Of a DNA stretch of 64,000 nucleotides, positions 19,629-28,998 are shown in pieces. The position numbers were made by a program, and so were the translations under genes. How positions within the stretch are numbered: the first letter of the stretch is position 1; each line of letters begins with the position of its first letter. This stretch comes from an uncultured delta proteobacterium (GTDB lineage Bacteria > Myxococcota_A > Polyangia > Polyangiales > Polyangiaceae), in contig CAVQUB010000009.1 of assembly GCA_963716725.1 (NCBI GenBank), forward strand, positions 32,001 through 96,000. The letters run 5' to 3'. The notes beneath the pieces are model-generated. The model was not told the DNA's origin. It saw nothing but the letters and a program-made list of their open reading frames with translations, and ran no database searches.

Positions 19629-21107
19629 ATGCTCGAGCCTGCGACCCTGCCCTTGATTGGTGGCCGCTATCGCGTCCTGCGCGAGCTCGGTCGCGGTGGG
19701 ATGGGCGTGGTCTACGTGGTAGAGCACGTGAACACCGGCGATCACCTGGCGCTGAAGCTGTTGCTGGCCCACGCCAACGCGTCGCCCGAAACTGTCGTGC
19801 GCTTCAAGCGCGAAGCGCGCGCACCGGCGAAGATCAAGAGCGAGCACGTCGTTCGCGTCACCGATGCCGACGTGGCGCCGGAGCTGGACCATGCGCCGTT
19901 TCTCGTCATGGAGCTCCTGGACGGACAGGATCTGGAGAAGCTCGTCGAGACCTGCGGCATGCTCCCGCCGGATCAGATAGTCGACATGCTGGCGCAAGTG
20001 GCGCGAGCGCTCGACAAGGCGCACGCTGCCGGCATCGTGCATCGGGATCTCAAGCCGGAGAACCTGTTCTTGCACAAGCGCGAGGATGGCTCGCAGATCG
20101 TGAAGATCCTCGACTTCGGGATCAGCAAGGTGATGGGTGGCGAGGGTCTCGGTTCGACCGACCAGTCTGGCGGCGCCACCAAGACCGGTTCTGTCTTCGG
20201 GACGCCGCTGTACATGGCGCCAGAGCAAGCGAAGGGACAACACGCGCAAATCGGCGCGGGCACGGACATCTGGGCGATCGGGCTGATTGTTTATCGTCTG
20301 GTCACGGGCCAGATCTACTGGCGCGCGAATACCATCGCGGAGCTCCTGGTGGCGATCATCGCCGAGCCGATGCCGGCGCCCTCGACGCTGAGCCCGCTCG
20401 CGCTCACTCCGGCCTTCGATGGCTGGTTCGCTCGCTCCTGCGATCGCGATCCAACGCTCCGTTTCCGGACGGTTGGCGACCAGGTGCGCGCGCTGGCCGA
20501 GGCGCTCGGCGTTCCGGTTCCGGCTGGGCTGGCCTCGCTTCCCATCGTCGCGGCTCAGCCAGGATTCGCGGTGGCGGCGACCGCGCCGGAGGGTGTTCGC
20601 ACTTCGTCGCCCCAGCTCGGTTACGCGCCGATGATCCAGGGCCAGTCCGCGCCCGGTGAATCCGTCAACCGTTCCAATGCTTCGGTGTACAGCACGGTGC
20701 CAGAAGCGACGTCGGCTCCCAAGCGCTCCAAGCTGCCGGTCGTGGGCGCGGGTGCACTCGTGCTCTCGCTCGCCATCTCCGGAACGGTGTTTGCGGTCAT
20801 GCGCGCGAGCGGAGGCGCAACACCGGAAGCGAGCGCCTCCGTCTCGGCCGACAGCCTCGTTGGCGTCGCTCCCACGCTCGTGGAGCCACCAACGCCGCCG
20901 GCCGCGCCAGCGACGCCTACTCCAAGCACCGAGCCAGTCGTGCCAACGGAGCCGCCAGCGGCGAACCACAAACGTCCCACCACGGGCTCGAAGACGACGA
21001 GTGGGAAGTCGGATGCCGGGACCGCCAGTGCCGCGCCTGTGCGCGCACCTCCAGCGACAGCCAAACCCAGCGGAAAGCCCGGAGACTACAGTCCCGAAGC
21101 TCCCTAG
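19629..21107 (+). CDS. Hanks-type Ser/Thr protein kinase with TM and Pro/Thr-rich tail
   Basis: GRGGMG, ALK, HRDLKPEN, DFG, YMAPE. Confidence 0.95.
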   Translation: MLEPATLPLIGGRYRVLRELGRGGMGVVYVVEHVNTGDHLALKLLLAHANASPETVVRFKREARAPAKIKSEHVVRVTDADVAPELDHAPFLVMELLDGQDLEKLVETCGMLPPDQIVDMLAQVARALDKAHAAGIVHRDLKPENLFLHKREDGSQIVKILDFGISKVMGGEGLGSTDQSGGATKTGSVFGTPLYMAPEQAKGQHAQIGAGTDIWAIGLIVYRLVTGQIYWRANTIAELLVAIIAEPMPAPSTLSPLALTPAFDGWFARSCDRDPTLRFRTVGDQVRALAEALGVPVPAGLASLPIVAAQPGFAVAATAPEGVRTSSPQLGYAPMIQGQSAPGESVNRSNASVYSTVPEATSAPKRSKLPVVGAGALVLSLAISGTVFAVMRASGGATPEASASVSADSLVGVAPTLVEPPTPPAAPATPTPSTEPVVPTEPPAANHKRPTTGSKTTSGKSDAGTASAAPVRAPPATAKPSGKPGDYSPEAP

Positions 21108-21302
21108 CCTCGCACCAGGGTCGCGACGCGCTTTCTGCGCATCGCCCTTCGGGCCCGGCTTCGGTTCACGACCGCGAGTCTAGCAAGACACCGGGCTTCA
21201 ACACGCCACTCGAATCGATCTCGCGCTTGCCGGCGCGGAGGGCATGCGCATGCGGCGCATGGGTGGAATGAAGGGGGCAGGCAACGCGCTCGTCCATGCG
21301 TT

Positions 21303-21380
21303 GAATGACCACTGCGGCAAACGCCAGACGGAGGCCGAAGGCCGACCTTGGCGGCTGTCCGCAGCAAGGCCTTGTCATAC
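21303..21380 (-). mobile_element. attC-like site with non-canonical core, short deletion at the right end
   Basis: GTATGAC-AAGGC-CTTGCTGC-GGAC...CGCCA..GGCCTTCGGCC..TGGCG..GCCGCAG-TG-GTCATTC; the upstream ORF stop lies inside GTATGAC. Confidence 0.6.
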
Positions 21381-21893
21381 AGGCTTCCGCACACTGGCGA
21401 CTCGGTCAAGGACGGCTCGGGCAGTCGTCGACTCTGCCACCGCGCGGCTGATCATTGGGTGATCGATGAGTTTCAGGCGAACGATCTCCTCGGCTGCGTT
21501 CGCAGCGAGTTCGGCATCCCGAACAAGTGCCTCTGCGAGGATTGCCACCGTGCCCTCATCGGAGGAAGCGATGTGGGTGAGCGCCACAAGTGCCTCCCAC
21601 GCGGCCGCCCCCGACCCCTGGCGAAACGCTGAGACGATCAGGGGAACCAATGGGTGGGCATCGTGCCCGATTAGCCGAGCCGTGATTAGGGCACACCGGA
21701 ATGGTTCGCTCATGACTCCGTACGGATTCACTCCGAAGGCGTTCCGCGCCGACCCGTCGAGAATGGCACGAATGGCAGGGATGGCATCAGGCCCGCGAGC
21801 GGCCGCGAGGTGCGTCGCTGTTGCGCGACGGCTCGGCTCTGCGAAAGCTTCGAGGAGGTGGTCGAGTAGATCCGATTGGTGCGGAAGCTCCAT
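21375..21893 (-). CDS. Helical (HEAT-like) hypothetical protein, probable gene cassette
   Basis: LAAARGPDAIPAI, IGHDAHPLVPLI; bounded by attC-like sites; no clear RBS. Confidence 0.65.
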   Translation of the reverse strand: MELPHQSDLLDHLLEAFAEPSRRATATHLAAARGPDAIPAIRAILDGSARNAFGVNPYGVMSEPFRCALITARLIGHDAHPLVPLIVSAFRQGSGAAAWEALVALTHIASSDEGTVAILAEALVRDAELAANAAEEIVRLKLIDHPMISRAVAESTTARAVLDRVASVRKPV

Positions 21894-21902
21894 GGTGGCG
21901 CC

Positions 21903-22069
21903 GTATGACGATTGAGGCTTTCAGCAGCGAACGCCGAGACCAAGAGATACCAGAGCGCGCGGCGTTGCACACGCGGGCGAGTGCCGCGTCAGAGTGGTCG
22001 CCCACGGGCGTGGAACGAACTTCCACGCGCGGGAGACCGGCGATCGTCGGGTGCAACGACCAGTTGTGC
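21903..22069 (-). mobile_element. Long attC-like site (~167 bp, possibly chimeric)
   Basis: GCACAAC-TGGTC-GTTGCACC-CGA-CGATCGCCG ... CGGCGTTCG-CT-GCTGAAA-GCCTCAATC-GTCATAC. Confidence 0.6.
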
Positions 22070-22106
22070 GGCTGCCGGGAGGACGGAATCGAGTTATGCT
22101 TTGTGC

Positions 22107-22291
22107 ATGGCGCAGTCACCCCCCGACGGGTTGTTGCGGCGCGCGCTGGCGCTCCCTCCGGACAAGCGGCTCGCCCCGGTGTCGGTGGTCTCCGGCTCTC
22201 GCGCATGGCCGGTGAAGACCGCGGGGAAGACAAGCTCGAGGACTGGGCGACCGTGAAGGCCAGACTGCGCGCCGAGTTGCGCGGAAGGTGA
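22107..22291 (+). pseudogene. Addiction-module antitoxin, internally deleted/frameshifted
   Basis: LLRRALALPPDKRLA in one frame and EDWATVKARLRAEL in another; GTGA overlap with the toxin. Confidence 0.65.
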
Positions 22292-22544
22292 TAACCCGCC
22301 TTTCCGACGGCGCGCAGGAGGACCTGCGGCGCGCGATCCTGCAGTACGAAGAGGCTCGCACGGGGCTTGGCGGTGAGTTCCTCGACGAGCGGACCGGCCA
22401 TTGGAATTCCCGGTTTGGCAGGACGACCGACCGCACCGAAAGGCCGTGATGCTCCACAGGTTCCCCTTCGTCATCTACTTCCGTCTCAGCGAACGCGAGG
22501 TCCACGTCTTGGCTGTCGCCCACGGGAAACGCGAACCCGGTTAG
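22288..22544 (+). pseudogene. RelE/ParE toxin remnant
   Basis: AQEDLRRAILQYEEARTGLGGEFLDE, then frame change, then LHRFPFVIYFR..VHVLAVAHGKREPG. Confidence 0.8.
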
Positions 22545-22732
22545 GCGGAGCAGAGCGCGCTGAATCGGTTACACGACAAAGGCAAACTGTGCGGGTCCTG
22601 CTGAATCCGCTCGAAGATGACGTCCAGCTCCGCGAACAAGCGCTGCGCGACGGTCGGGTCTCGTTGGTAGTACCAAGATAGCGCTTCGTCGATGTCGAGC
22701 AGCGCGCTCGGGCGAACAATGAGCGTCGTCAC
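22541..22732 (-). pseudogene. RelE/ParE toxin, 3'-truncated
   Basis: IVRPSALLDIDEALSWY...LFAELDVIFERIQQDP; only 63 aa. Confidence 0.75.
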
Positions 22733-22734
22733 CG

Positions 22735-22907
22735 TCAGCGACCGGCCGGATACTTCTGCTGAAGTTCGGCGCGCAACTCACCCCAAGCGCGTCCGGCAGT
22801 CGGGTCAGCACGATAGGCTTCGAGTTGTTCGCGGAGAAGCTCGCGATGCCAGTCTGGAATGGGGACGTCCGCTCGCTCGACGATTTGGTCCCACAAAGAC
22901 TCGACGT
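22735..22907 (-). pseudogene. Addiction-module antitoxin, 5'-truncated
   Basis: Manual translation: VESLWDQIVERADVPIPDWHRELLREQLEAYRADPTAGRAWGELRAEL. Confidence 0.75.
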
Positions 22908-22927
22908 GCTTCAACAGCTTGTTGGGC
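22908..22927 (-). mobile_element. Left half of an attC-like site
   Basis: GCCCAAC-AAGCT-GTTGAAGC 16 bp after the stop of the 23513-22944 ORF, then fused to the antitoxin remnant. Confidence 0.55.
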
Positions 22928-22943
22928 GGCGCTGTCAGAAACG

Positions 22944-23513
22944 TCAGTCAGGGAGGAGGAGCGTGCCGTTCCTAGCGGCGGCCTGGGCTCCCGGAAGAAC
23001 TGACCGTGACCCGAGTCGCTGGACTGAGAGTTTGTTGCGAATGTAACGATTGATCTTGCCGGAAATGCTCGAGACAACCCGGAAGTCCCAGTCGTCAACA
23101 GATGGCAGGTCAACGTACGTGTCGGACCAGGTCATGGCGCGCTGCCGACTGTTGTGATTTGTAAAGGACTCGCGAAGACGGCCAATCTTGTCGTTCGTGA
23201 AGTCGAGTTCGATTTGGATTAGCCCCCACCCTTGAACGTGTTCGCGGGTGGACTTTCCGGGGATCGCGTTGGGCAAGAGCTTGATGTGCTCAATGGTGTA
23301 CCTTCCGCGCATGGTCGGCGCGTAGAGCATGAACCCCAGGTGGTAGGGCGCCGTATCGACCGCCTGGCCGATCTCCTCGACCGAGGTAAACCGACGCAAC
23401 GGACGGTCTGGTACGGAGTAGCTTTCCAGGACCTCGCACTCGGTGTTTGAAAGGACGAACTCGAAGATCGGTCTCGCGTCGGAGCGAACCGCGAAAAAAC
23501 CGTGATGCGGCAT
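22944..23513 (-). CDS. Hypothetical protein, probable gene cassette
   Basis: GGAGG RBS; visibly lower GC than flanks; followed by an attC-like half site. Confidence 0.75.
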   Translation of the reverse strand: MPHHGFFAVRSDARPIFEFVLSNTECEVLESYSVPDRPLRRFTSVEEIGQAVDTAPYHLGFMLYAPTMRGRYTIEHIKLLPNAIPGKSTREHVQGWGLIQIELDFTNDKIGRLRESFTNHNSRQRAMTWSDTYVDLPSVDDWDFRVVSSISGKINRYIRNKLSVQRLGSRSVLPGAQAAARNGTLLLPD

Positions 23514-23571
23514 GTCAGTACCTCCGCCCGGCTCCCATTCTACCTGCAGCAGCTCGCCGACTGCGCTGGAT

Positions 23572-23692
23572 CATTCCCCCCGCCCGAGCGGCGCGAGGGC
23601 TTGGGGGGAATCGCCCGCCGCGAGGGGCGCCGACGGTGAGTCGTCGAGCGTCGTGGCGAAGCGAGGCCCCGAGCGCCGGGCGATGGGGGGCA
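23572..23692. repeat. ~120-bp structured intergenic repeat, copy 1
   Basis: CATTCCCCCCGCCCGAGC...GGGCTTGGGGGGAATCGCCCG...CGGGCGATGGGGGGCA. Confidence 0.9.
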
Positions 23693-23704
23693 ACTCGGAC
23701 TGAC

Positions 23705-24571
23705 TCAGCGGCGGCGGCGCGTCGCGGGGCCGGTGGCCCAGCGCCAGCGCACGCCGAGGTGAGCGAAGTCCGCGCCGGCGAGGCCGATGCTGTCGGGGCT
23801 GTGGATCACCGGCAAGAACGAGAGTTCGACGTCGGCATGTTCCCCGATGGCCACGCTGCCGAGCACGCCGGCGCGGATCACGTAGCCAGCACGCCCGGGG
23901 TTCTCGAGGATCTCTTCGGCCACGCCGAGCCGGATCGCGTCGTTTCGGCCGAAGCGCCAGGCGTAGCCGACTCGCGCGCGCCACAGCCACGGAGGCGCGA
24001 TGATCACGTTCCGGTACTCGTCGTAGAGGTGGTGACCCGGCTCGAGCTGCGTGGCGTAGTACACGCCGAGCAGCCAGAAGGGACCGCCGCCGGGGACCGC
24101 GACCGCGCCCGAGAGCTCGCTCTCGAGCGTGACCGGCTCGGCCTCGGGCCCGTCCGGCAGGTCGAGATCGGCGCTTTCGTGCTGTTCCTTGGGCGGCATG
24201 AGCGTGCGCCCGAAGGTCTCGAACTTGCGCACTCCCGCCCGGAGCTCCAAGAACGGAACTGTTGCGCGCACGCCGCCGTAGAAGCCCGCGCCGGACATCG
24301 TCACCAGCGGTTCCAGGTCCAGGCTCATGGCACGATAGAAGGGACGCCCGAAGCCCACCTGGAACGCGGGGCGCACGTAGGGCAAGCCGATGGCGAGGGA
24401 CGCGCTGACGAAGGGACGCGGCTGACCGCGCGACCAGTACGGCGCATCGACGGCTCGCGCGGTCATGCTTGCGTCGGGCCAGGCTTCGCTCGGCAGCGCC
24501 TCCGCCCGGGCGGTCGTGCCGCTGGTGAGGCTCGCAGCCAGAGCGGCGACGCTCGCGAGGGTGCGTGTCAA
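23705..24571 (-). CDS. Exported protein, probable outer-membrane beta-barrel
   Basis: Signal peptide ending ARA; alternating amphipathic strands; HLGVRWRW near the C-terminus. Confidence 0.7.
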   Translation of the reverse strand: MTRTLASVAALAASLTSGTTARAEALPSEAWPDASMTARAVDAPYWSRGQPRPFVSASLAIGLPYVRPAFQVGFGRPFYRAMSLDLEPLVTMSGAGFYGGVRATVPFLELRAGVRKFETFGRTLMPPKEQHESADLDLPDGPEAEPVTLESELSGAVAVPGGGPFWLLGVYYATQLEPGHHLYDEYRNVIIAPPWLWRARVGYAWRFGRNDAIRLGVAEEILENPGRAGYVIRAGVLGSVAIGEHADVELSFLPVIHSPDSIGLAGADFAHLGVRWRWATGPATRRRR

Positions 24572-25509
24572 AACGCACCTCCTACGGCGATGCCCGTGGG
24601 ATGCGGCACGAGGTGCAGACTCGGCTTCGGCGCGAAGCGCTCACCTTGGGGCTTCCGATAGTGGAGCAACCAAGGCACCCCGAGGCCGGAGAGCGTGCCC
24701 CAGGCCGCGCCCATCATCACGTCGGAGGCGTAGTGTACGTCGCCCATGACTCGCAGCGCGGCGGTCGCGCCCGCTGCGGCGTACCCTGCCGCGCACGACG
24801 CGACCTCCGGCGCACCACCGCCATAGAGCGGCAGGTGCGCGTGGTGCATGCACGACACGCTCGCCGCAGCGAACGCGCCGGTGGTGTGTCCGCTGAAGAA
24901 GCTGCGGTAGCGATCGCCGCCGGTGCACTCGCGAAGCTCCGAGTCGAGACCCTGGCCACACTCCGCGCCGTAGGGTCGCTCGCGGCTCGCGAGGGAGGTG
25001 ACGGTGGCGAGCACCGCGAAAGTGACCGCGAGGGTCTCGGCGTTGATGAGCAGGATCTGCTCGGTGACCTCGGGGCTCTGGTGGTACCAATAGCTGGTGA
25101 TCAGACCGTCGCCGAGCGTCGGGCCGGCGAAGCTGAGCGCAAGCAACACGTCGCTCGCGTCGCGGGCGCGGCGGCGCTGCCGGTCGGTGCCCAGTCGCGT
25201 CGAACGGCGCAGGTCGTCGTCGAACAAGACGCCGCCTCTCCAGTGGTCGCCGCGGGAGCCCGCCGCCACCGCCGCGACCGCGCTCAGCGCGAGGCCACCG
25301 GTGAGGTAGAGTTCCCAGGTCTGCACGGGGTGGTACCGCCACCGCAAGCGCGCGGGCCGGTCGGGTGCCGGTGGGAAGAGCACGACGGGAGGCGGCGCTG
25401 CGCCCGACTCGGAGCTCCAATCCGGCGCCGGCGGTTGCGCAGCCCCGGCGCCGGTCGCCACCAGCGAGATCGCCAGCGCTGCTGCGAGAACGGTGGGGGC
25501 ACGGCGCAC
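24568..25509 (-). CDS. PAP2-family phosphatase
   Basis: RERP, SFFSGH, LRVMGDVHYASDV. Confidence 0.9.
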   Translation of the reverse strand: MRRAPTVLAAALAISLVATGAGAAQPPAPDWSSESGAAPPPVVLFPPAPDRPARLRWRYHPVQTWELYLTGGLALSAVAAVAAGSRGDHWRGGVLFDDDLRRSTRLGTDRQRRRARDASDVLLALSFAGPTLGDGLITSYWYHQSPEVTEQILLINAETLAVTFAVLATVTSLASRERPYGAECGQGLDSELRECTGGDRYRSFFSGHTTGAFAAASVSCMHHAHLPLYGGGAPEVASCAAGYAAAGATAALRVMGDVHYASDVMMGAAWGTLSGLGVPWLLHYRKPQGERFAPKPSLHLVPHPTGIAVGGAF

Positions 25510-25563
25510 GGACGGCAGTCTAGTACAGCGCGGCGGGGGTCTGCTCGGGCGCGACGCCTGCCG

Positions 25564-27033
25564 TCACGCGGTGCGAGGAGTTCGGGCTCTTCGGGCGCCC
25601 AGCAGTGCGAGCGCGAATAGCGCGGCGTAGCCTGCCACCCCGCCGCGCGGCTGCGTGCCACAGCCGCAGCCACCATCGTCCGAACTGCCGCCTGCGGCAC
25701 CCGCACTGCCGCCGGCACCCGAGTTACCGTTGCCGCCGCTGCCGCCCACGTTGGGGGTGCCCCCGGAATTGCCGTTGCCGCCGGCACCCGAGCTGCCACC
25801 GGCACCCGAGCTGCCGCCGGCACCCGAGCTGCCGCCGCTTCCCCCGCCATCTGAGCAGAATCCAGTCACCGGATCGCAGATCGGACCTTGCGGCGGCTTG
25901 CAGTCTTGGTCGGAGTCGCAGTTGTCTGGATCGTCGCCCAGATCCACGATGGAGGGGATGCCGTCGTTGTCGTAGTCGTGCTGACCCTCGACACTGTCGG
26001 GGATGTTGTTGTTGTCGGAGTCAACGTCGATCCACGCGGGCTGTTTGTCGTCGTCGGCGTTCGGCTTCGCCTGTTCGGCGGCTACTTCGTACTTGGTAGG
26101 GATGCCGTCGTTGTCGTCGTCGTCGTCGAGCGGATCGATCTTGCCGTCTTTGTCGTGGTCCTCGTAGATGCTCTCCCCCGGCACGCACACACCAGTCACG
26201 GTGCCGTAGCCGTCGCAGAGGCCGTCGTTGTCGCTGTCGGGGTCGGTGGGGTTGGTGCCACCTTTGGCTTCGCCCACGTCGCTCACGCCGTCCCCGTCGC
26301 CGTCTGCGCAGTCGCCAAGGAAGGTCTGGATATTCTCGGTGAGGGGCACCTTGTTCTGCTCGGGGTGGACAGACGTGAACCACCACGACAGGTCCATCGC
26401 GACGTAGACGCACCCCCCCGCTTGCTCGAGCTCCTCACCGGCCCAGGCCGCGGCGCCCGTCCCCGAAACGGGATGGTCGTAGACCCGGTTCTCCACGGGA
26501 ATGGATTTCATCACGCCGGCCTCGCCGGCAAGCCAGGTCGGCACCGCGTTTGGCTTGGTGGTGATCGACCAGGTGTCGTTCGCGACAGCTTTGAACAGAT
26601 CGCCAGCTTCGCCCAGCTGGCCGATCTGGGTGGTGTCCGGCGTGAGCTGGTTGAGGATGGCCTGCACCGAACCGTTCACGTTCTCGCAGCAGGGGCGTTC
26701 GCCGGTCAGGTACAGGCCGCCACCAGCACGCACGTACTTCACGAGCGCCGTCTGCTGGACACCAGTGAGTGGAACCAGGCTGATGACCCAGATCGTGTCG
26801 AAGCTGGTCAAGTCGGCAGGCAAGGTGGCACCGAGCGAAATTTGAGACGTGACGTTGTGCCCGAGCCCAGTCAGGATCCCGGCGGCCGCGGGTCCCGCCG
26901 TGTCCCCCTGGGCGGGGTCCTTGTTCTGCACTTGGTAGACGAGGATCTTGTCCGCTCGCGCCTCGGACGCATGCAGAGCGACGAGAGCTGAAACGACAAG
27001 GAGGCTGCGGAGCCATGGCGATACGCGGCGCAT
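25564..27033 (-). CDS. Cell-surface protein with GATase-like domain, Asp-rich Ca-binding repeats and MYXO-CTERM-type tail
   Basis: Signal peptide; YVRAGGGLYLTGE; DxDxDG repeats; DDGGCGC + hydrophobic segment + Arg cluster. Confidence 0.85.
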   Translation of the reverse strand: MRRVSPWLRSLLVVSALVALHASEARADKILVYQVQNKDPAQGDTAGPAAAGILTGLGHNVTSQISLGATLPADLTSFDTIWVISLVPLTGVQQTALVKYVRAGGGLYLTGERPCCENVNGSVQAILNQLTPDTTQIGQLGEAGDLFKAVANDTWSITTKPNAVPTWLAGEAGVMKSIPVENRVYDHPVSGTGAAAWAGEELEQAGGCVYVAMDLSWWFTSVHPEQNKVPLTENIQTFLGDCADGDGDGVSDVGEAKGGTNPTDPDSDNDGLCDGYGTVTGVCVPGESIYEDHDKDGKIDPLDDDDDNDGIPTKYEVAAEQAKPNADDDKQPAWIDVDSDNNNIPDSVEGQHDYDNDGIPSIVDLGDDPDNCDSDQDCKPPQGPICDPVTGFCSDGGGSGGSSGAGGSSGAGGSSGAGGNGNSGGTPNVGGSGGNGNSGAGGSAGAAGGSSDDGGCGCGTQPRGGVAGYAALFALALLGARRARTPRTA

Positions 27034-27182
27034 GAGCGGCAGGATTTCACGCTCGGGGAGGCGAAGCAAGTCTCGCCGCTCGGCCAAGGCGCTGTCGCGC
27101 TGGCTGTACGCTCCGGTGGTCGGGAGCGCAGACTGAACCTGCACACTACCCACCCGCCCGGCCTGCGCTATGAAGGTGCACG

Positions 27183-28793
27183 GTGGATCTGGGGCACGAC
27201 ACGATCGCGCTGCGTCAGGACGCGGCTCACGAGCAGCGCAACTGGGTGCGGCTCACGAGCGACTGCAACAACCACTGCGTGTTCTGCCTCGACACGCTGG
27301 TGCACGACGGCAGCATGCGCTCGGCGCTGGAGGTCAAGATCCAGATCGTCGAGGGCCGAAAGCGGGGCGCGACGCGGCTGATCCTGTCGGGCGGCGAGCC
27401 GACCATGCACCCGCAGTTCTTGGAGTTCGTGAAGCTCGGGCGGCGCTCGGGCTACCGACGGGTGCAGACGGTGACCAACGGGCGCATGTTCGCCTATCCC
27501 GAGTTCTTGGGGCGTGCCGCCGAGTGCGGGCTCGACGAGATCACCTTCAGCGTGCACGGCCACACCGCCAAGCTGCACGACGCGCTGGTGGGCGCACCCG
27601 GCGCCTTCGAAGAAGAGGTGACGGGGCTGAAGGCGGCGCTCGCCTCGGGTCGCTTCATCGTCAACGTGGACGTGGTCATCAACAAGATGAACGTGGCGGT
27701 GCTGCCCGAGATGCTCGAGACCTTCATCGAGTGGGGCGTGCGCGAGTTCGACCTGCTGCAGGTGATCCCCTTCGGCAACGCCTGGGGCAAGGCCAAGCAC
27801 AGCTTGTTCTACGATCTCGAGGGGCATGAGCAGGTGCTCGCGCGGGCCTTCGAGATCTCGCGGCGACCGGGCATTCAGATTTGGCTCAACCGCTTCCCGC
27901 CGGCCCACGCCGAAGGCTTCGAGGATCTGATCCAGGATCCGCACAAGCTCGAGGACGAGGTGCGCGGGCGGCGCGAGGAGTTCGACCGCTACCTGAGCCT
28001 GGGCGAGAAGCTGGACTGCCGAGAGCCGGCGCGCTGCAAACACTGCTACCTCGAGCCGCTCTGCGACGGGCTCGACGCCGCGATCGCCGATCGCGCGCTG
28101 CCCGGGGTCGACGTGTTGCGGCTGGTGGAGCCCGGATCCGGCGCCACGAACCTGCCGCGGGCTCGGATCGCGCACGTGGTCGCGAGCGGCGCGCAGCGCG
28201 CGATGGAACTCGCCGCGATCGCGCCCGACGCGGAGCTCTGGCTCGAGCTCGACTCCTACGCCGAGCTGTCAGCGCCGGAGCTCGACGGCCGCGCAGTGGC
28301 GCGGGTGTTCGTGCGGGACGCGGCGGAGATCGAACGCGTCCGCGCTTGGCCCGGCGACTTCGAGATCGTGGTGGCGCTCCGGCGCGAAACTGCGCCGCTC
28401 TTGACCGCCCTCGCGCCGCTCGGCTCACGACTGTTGGTGCAGCAACCGACCTACGAGCGCCTCACCGATCAGCGCCGCGAAGACGTCGACGTCCGAAGCG
28501 TCTGCGAGGGGCTACCGCCGAGCGTGCGCACGTTGAACGTGCCGGCGTGCTTGGGCGGACGTGATCCCGAACGGCACACGCCGTGCCTCGACGGCGCCAT
28601 GCTGGGTGGCGATGGCCGCGTCGACATTTCGCGCTACACCCAGCGCTTCGTCGCGGCGGGGTTCATGACCAAGAGTCGACGTTGTCGCCAGTGTGTGCAC
28701 GACGCGAGCTGCGAGGGCGTTCACATCAATTTCGTTCGCGCGCACGGCTACGGGGTGCTCGAGCCCATCGGGGAGAGGGACGCGACGCCGTAG
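27183..28793 (+). CDS. Radical SAM protein (HxsC-like) with extended C-terminal region
   Basis: CNNHCVFC, SGGEPT, TNG; CKHCYLEPLC and CRQCVHDASC. Confidence 0.9.
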   Translation: MDLGHDTIALRQDAAHEQRNWVRLTSDCNNHCVFCLDTLVHDGSMRSALEVKIQIVEGRKRGATRLILSGGEPTMHPQFLEFVKLGRRSGYRRVQTVTNGRMFAYPEFLGRAAECGLDEITFSVHGHTAKLHDALVGAPGAFEEEVTGLKAALASGRFIVNVDVVINKMNVAVLPEMLETFIEWGVREFDLLQVIPFGNAWGKAKHSLFYDLEGHEQVLARAFEISRRPGIQIWLNRFPPAHAEGFEDLIQDPHKLEDEVRGRREEFDRYLSLGEKLDCREPARCKHCYLEPLCDGLDAAIADRALPGVDVLRLVEPGSGATNLPRARIAHVVASGAQRAMELAAIAPDAELWLELDSYAELSAPELDGRAVARVFVRDAAEIERVRAWPGDFEIVVALRRETAPLLTALAPLGSRLLVQQPTYERLTDQRREDVDVRSVCEGLPPSVRTLNVPACLGGRDPERHTPCLDGAMLGGDGRVDISRYTQRFVAAGFMTKSRRCRQCVHDASCEGVHINFVRAHGYGVLEPIGERDATP

Positions 28794-28998
28794 CCCGCCT
28801 CGCGCGCGATTTCCTCCATGGTCGTGCCAAGGGATCCTTTGCGAGCGAACGCAGGTCCGGCTGCATCGACGATGTCCTCCCGCGAGCGCGTGTGGTCTTG
28901 GTGATCGACATGATGGCGCAGCGGCCACGGCCAACGCTCGTGAACGGTGGCGGTGCTCGTGGGGACGACGCCATCCCGCCACGATGCTAAGAGGGGTC

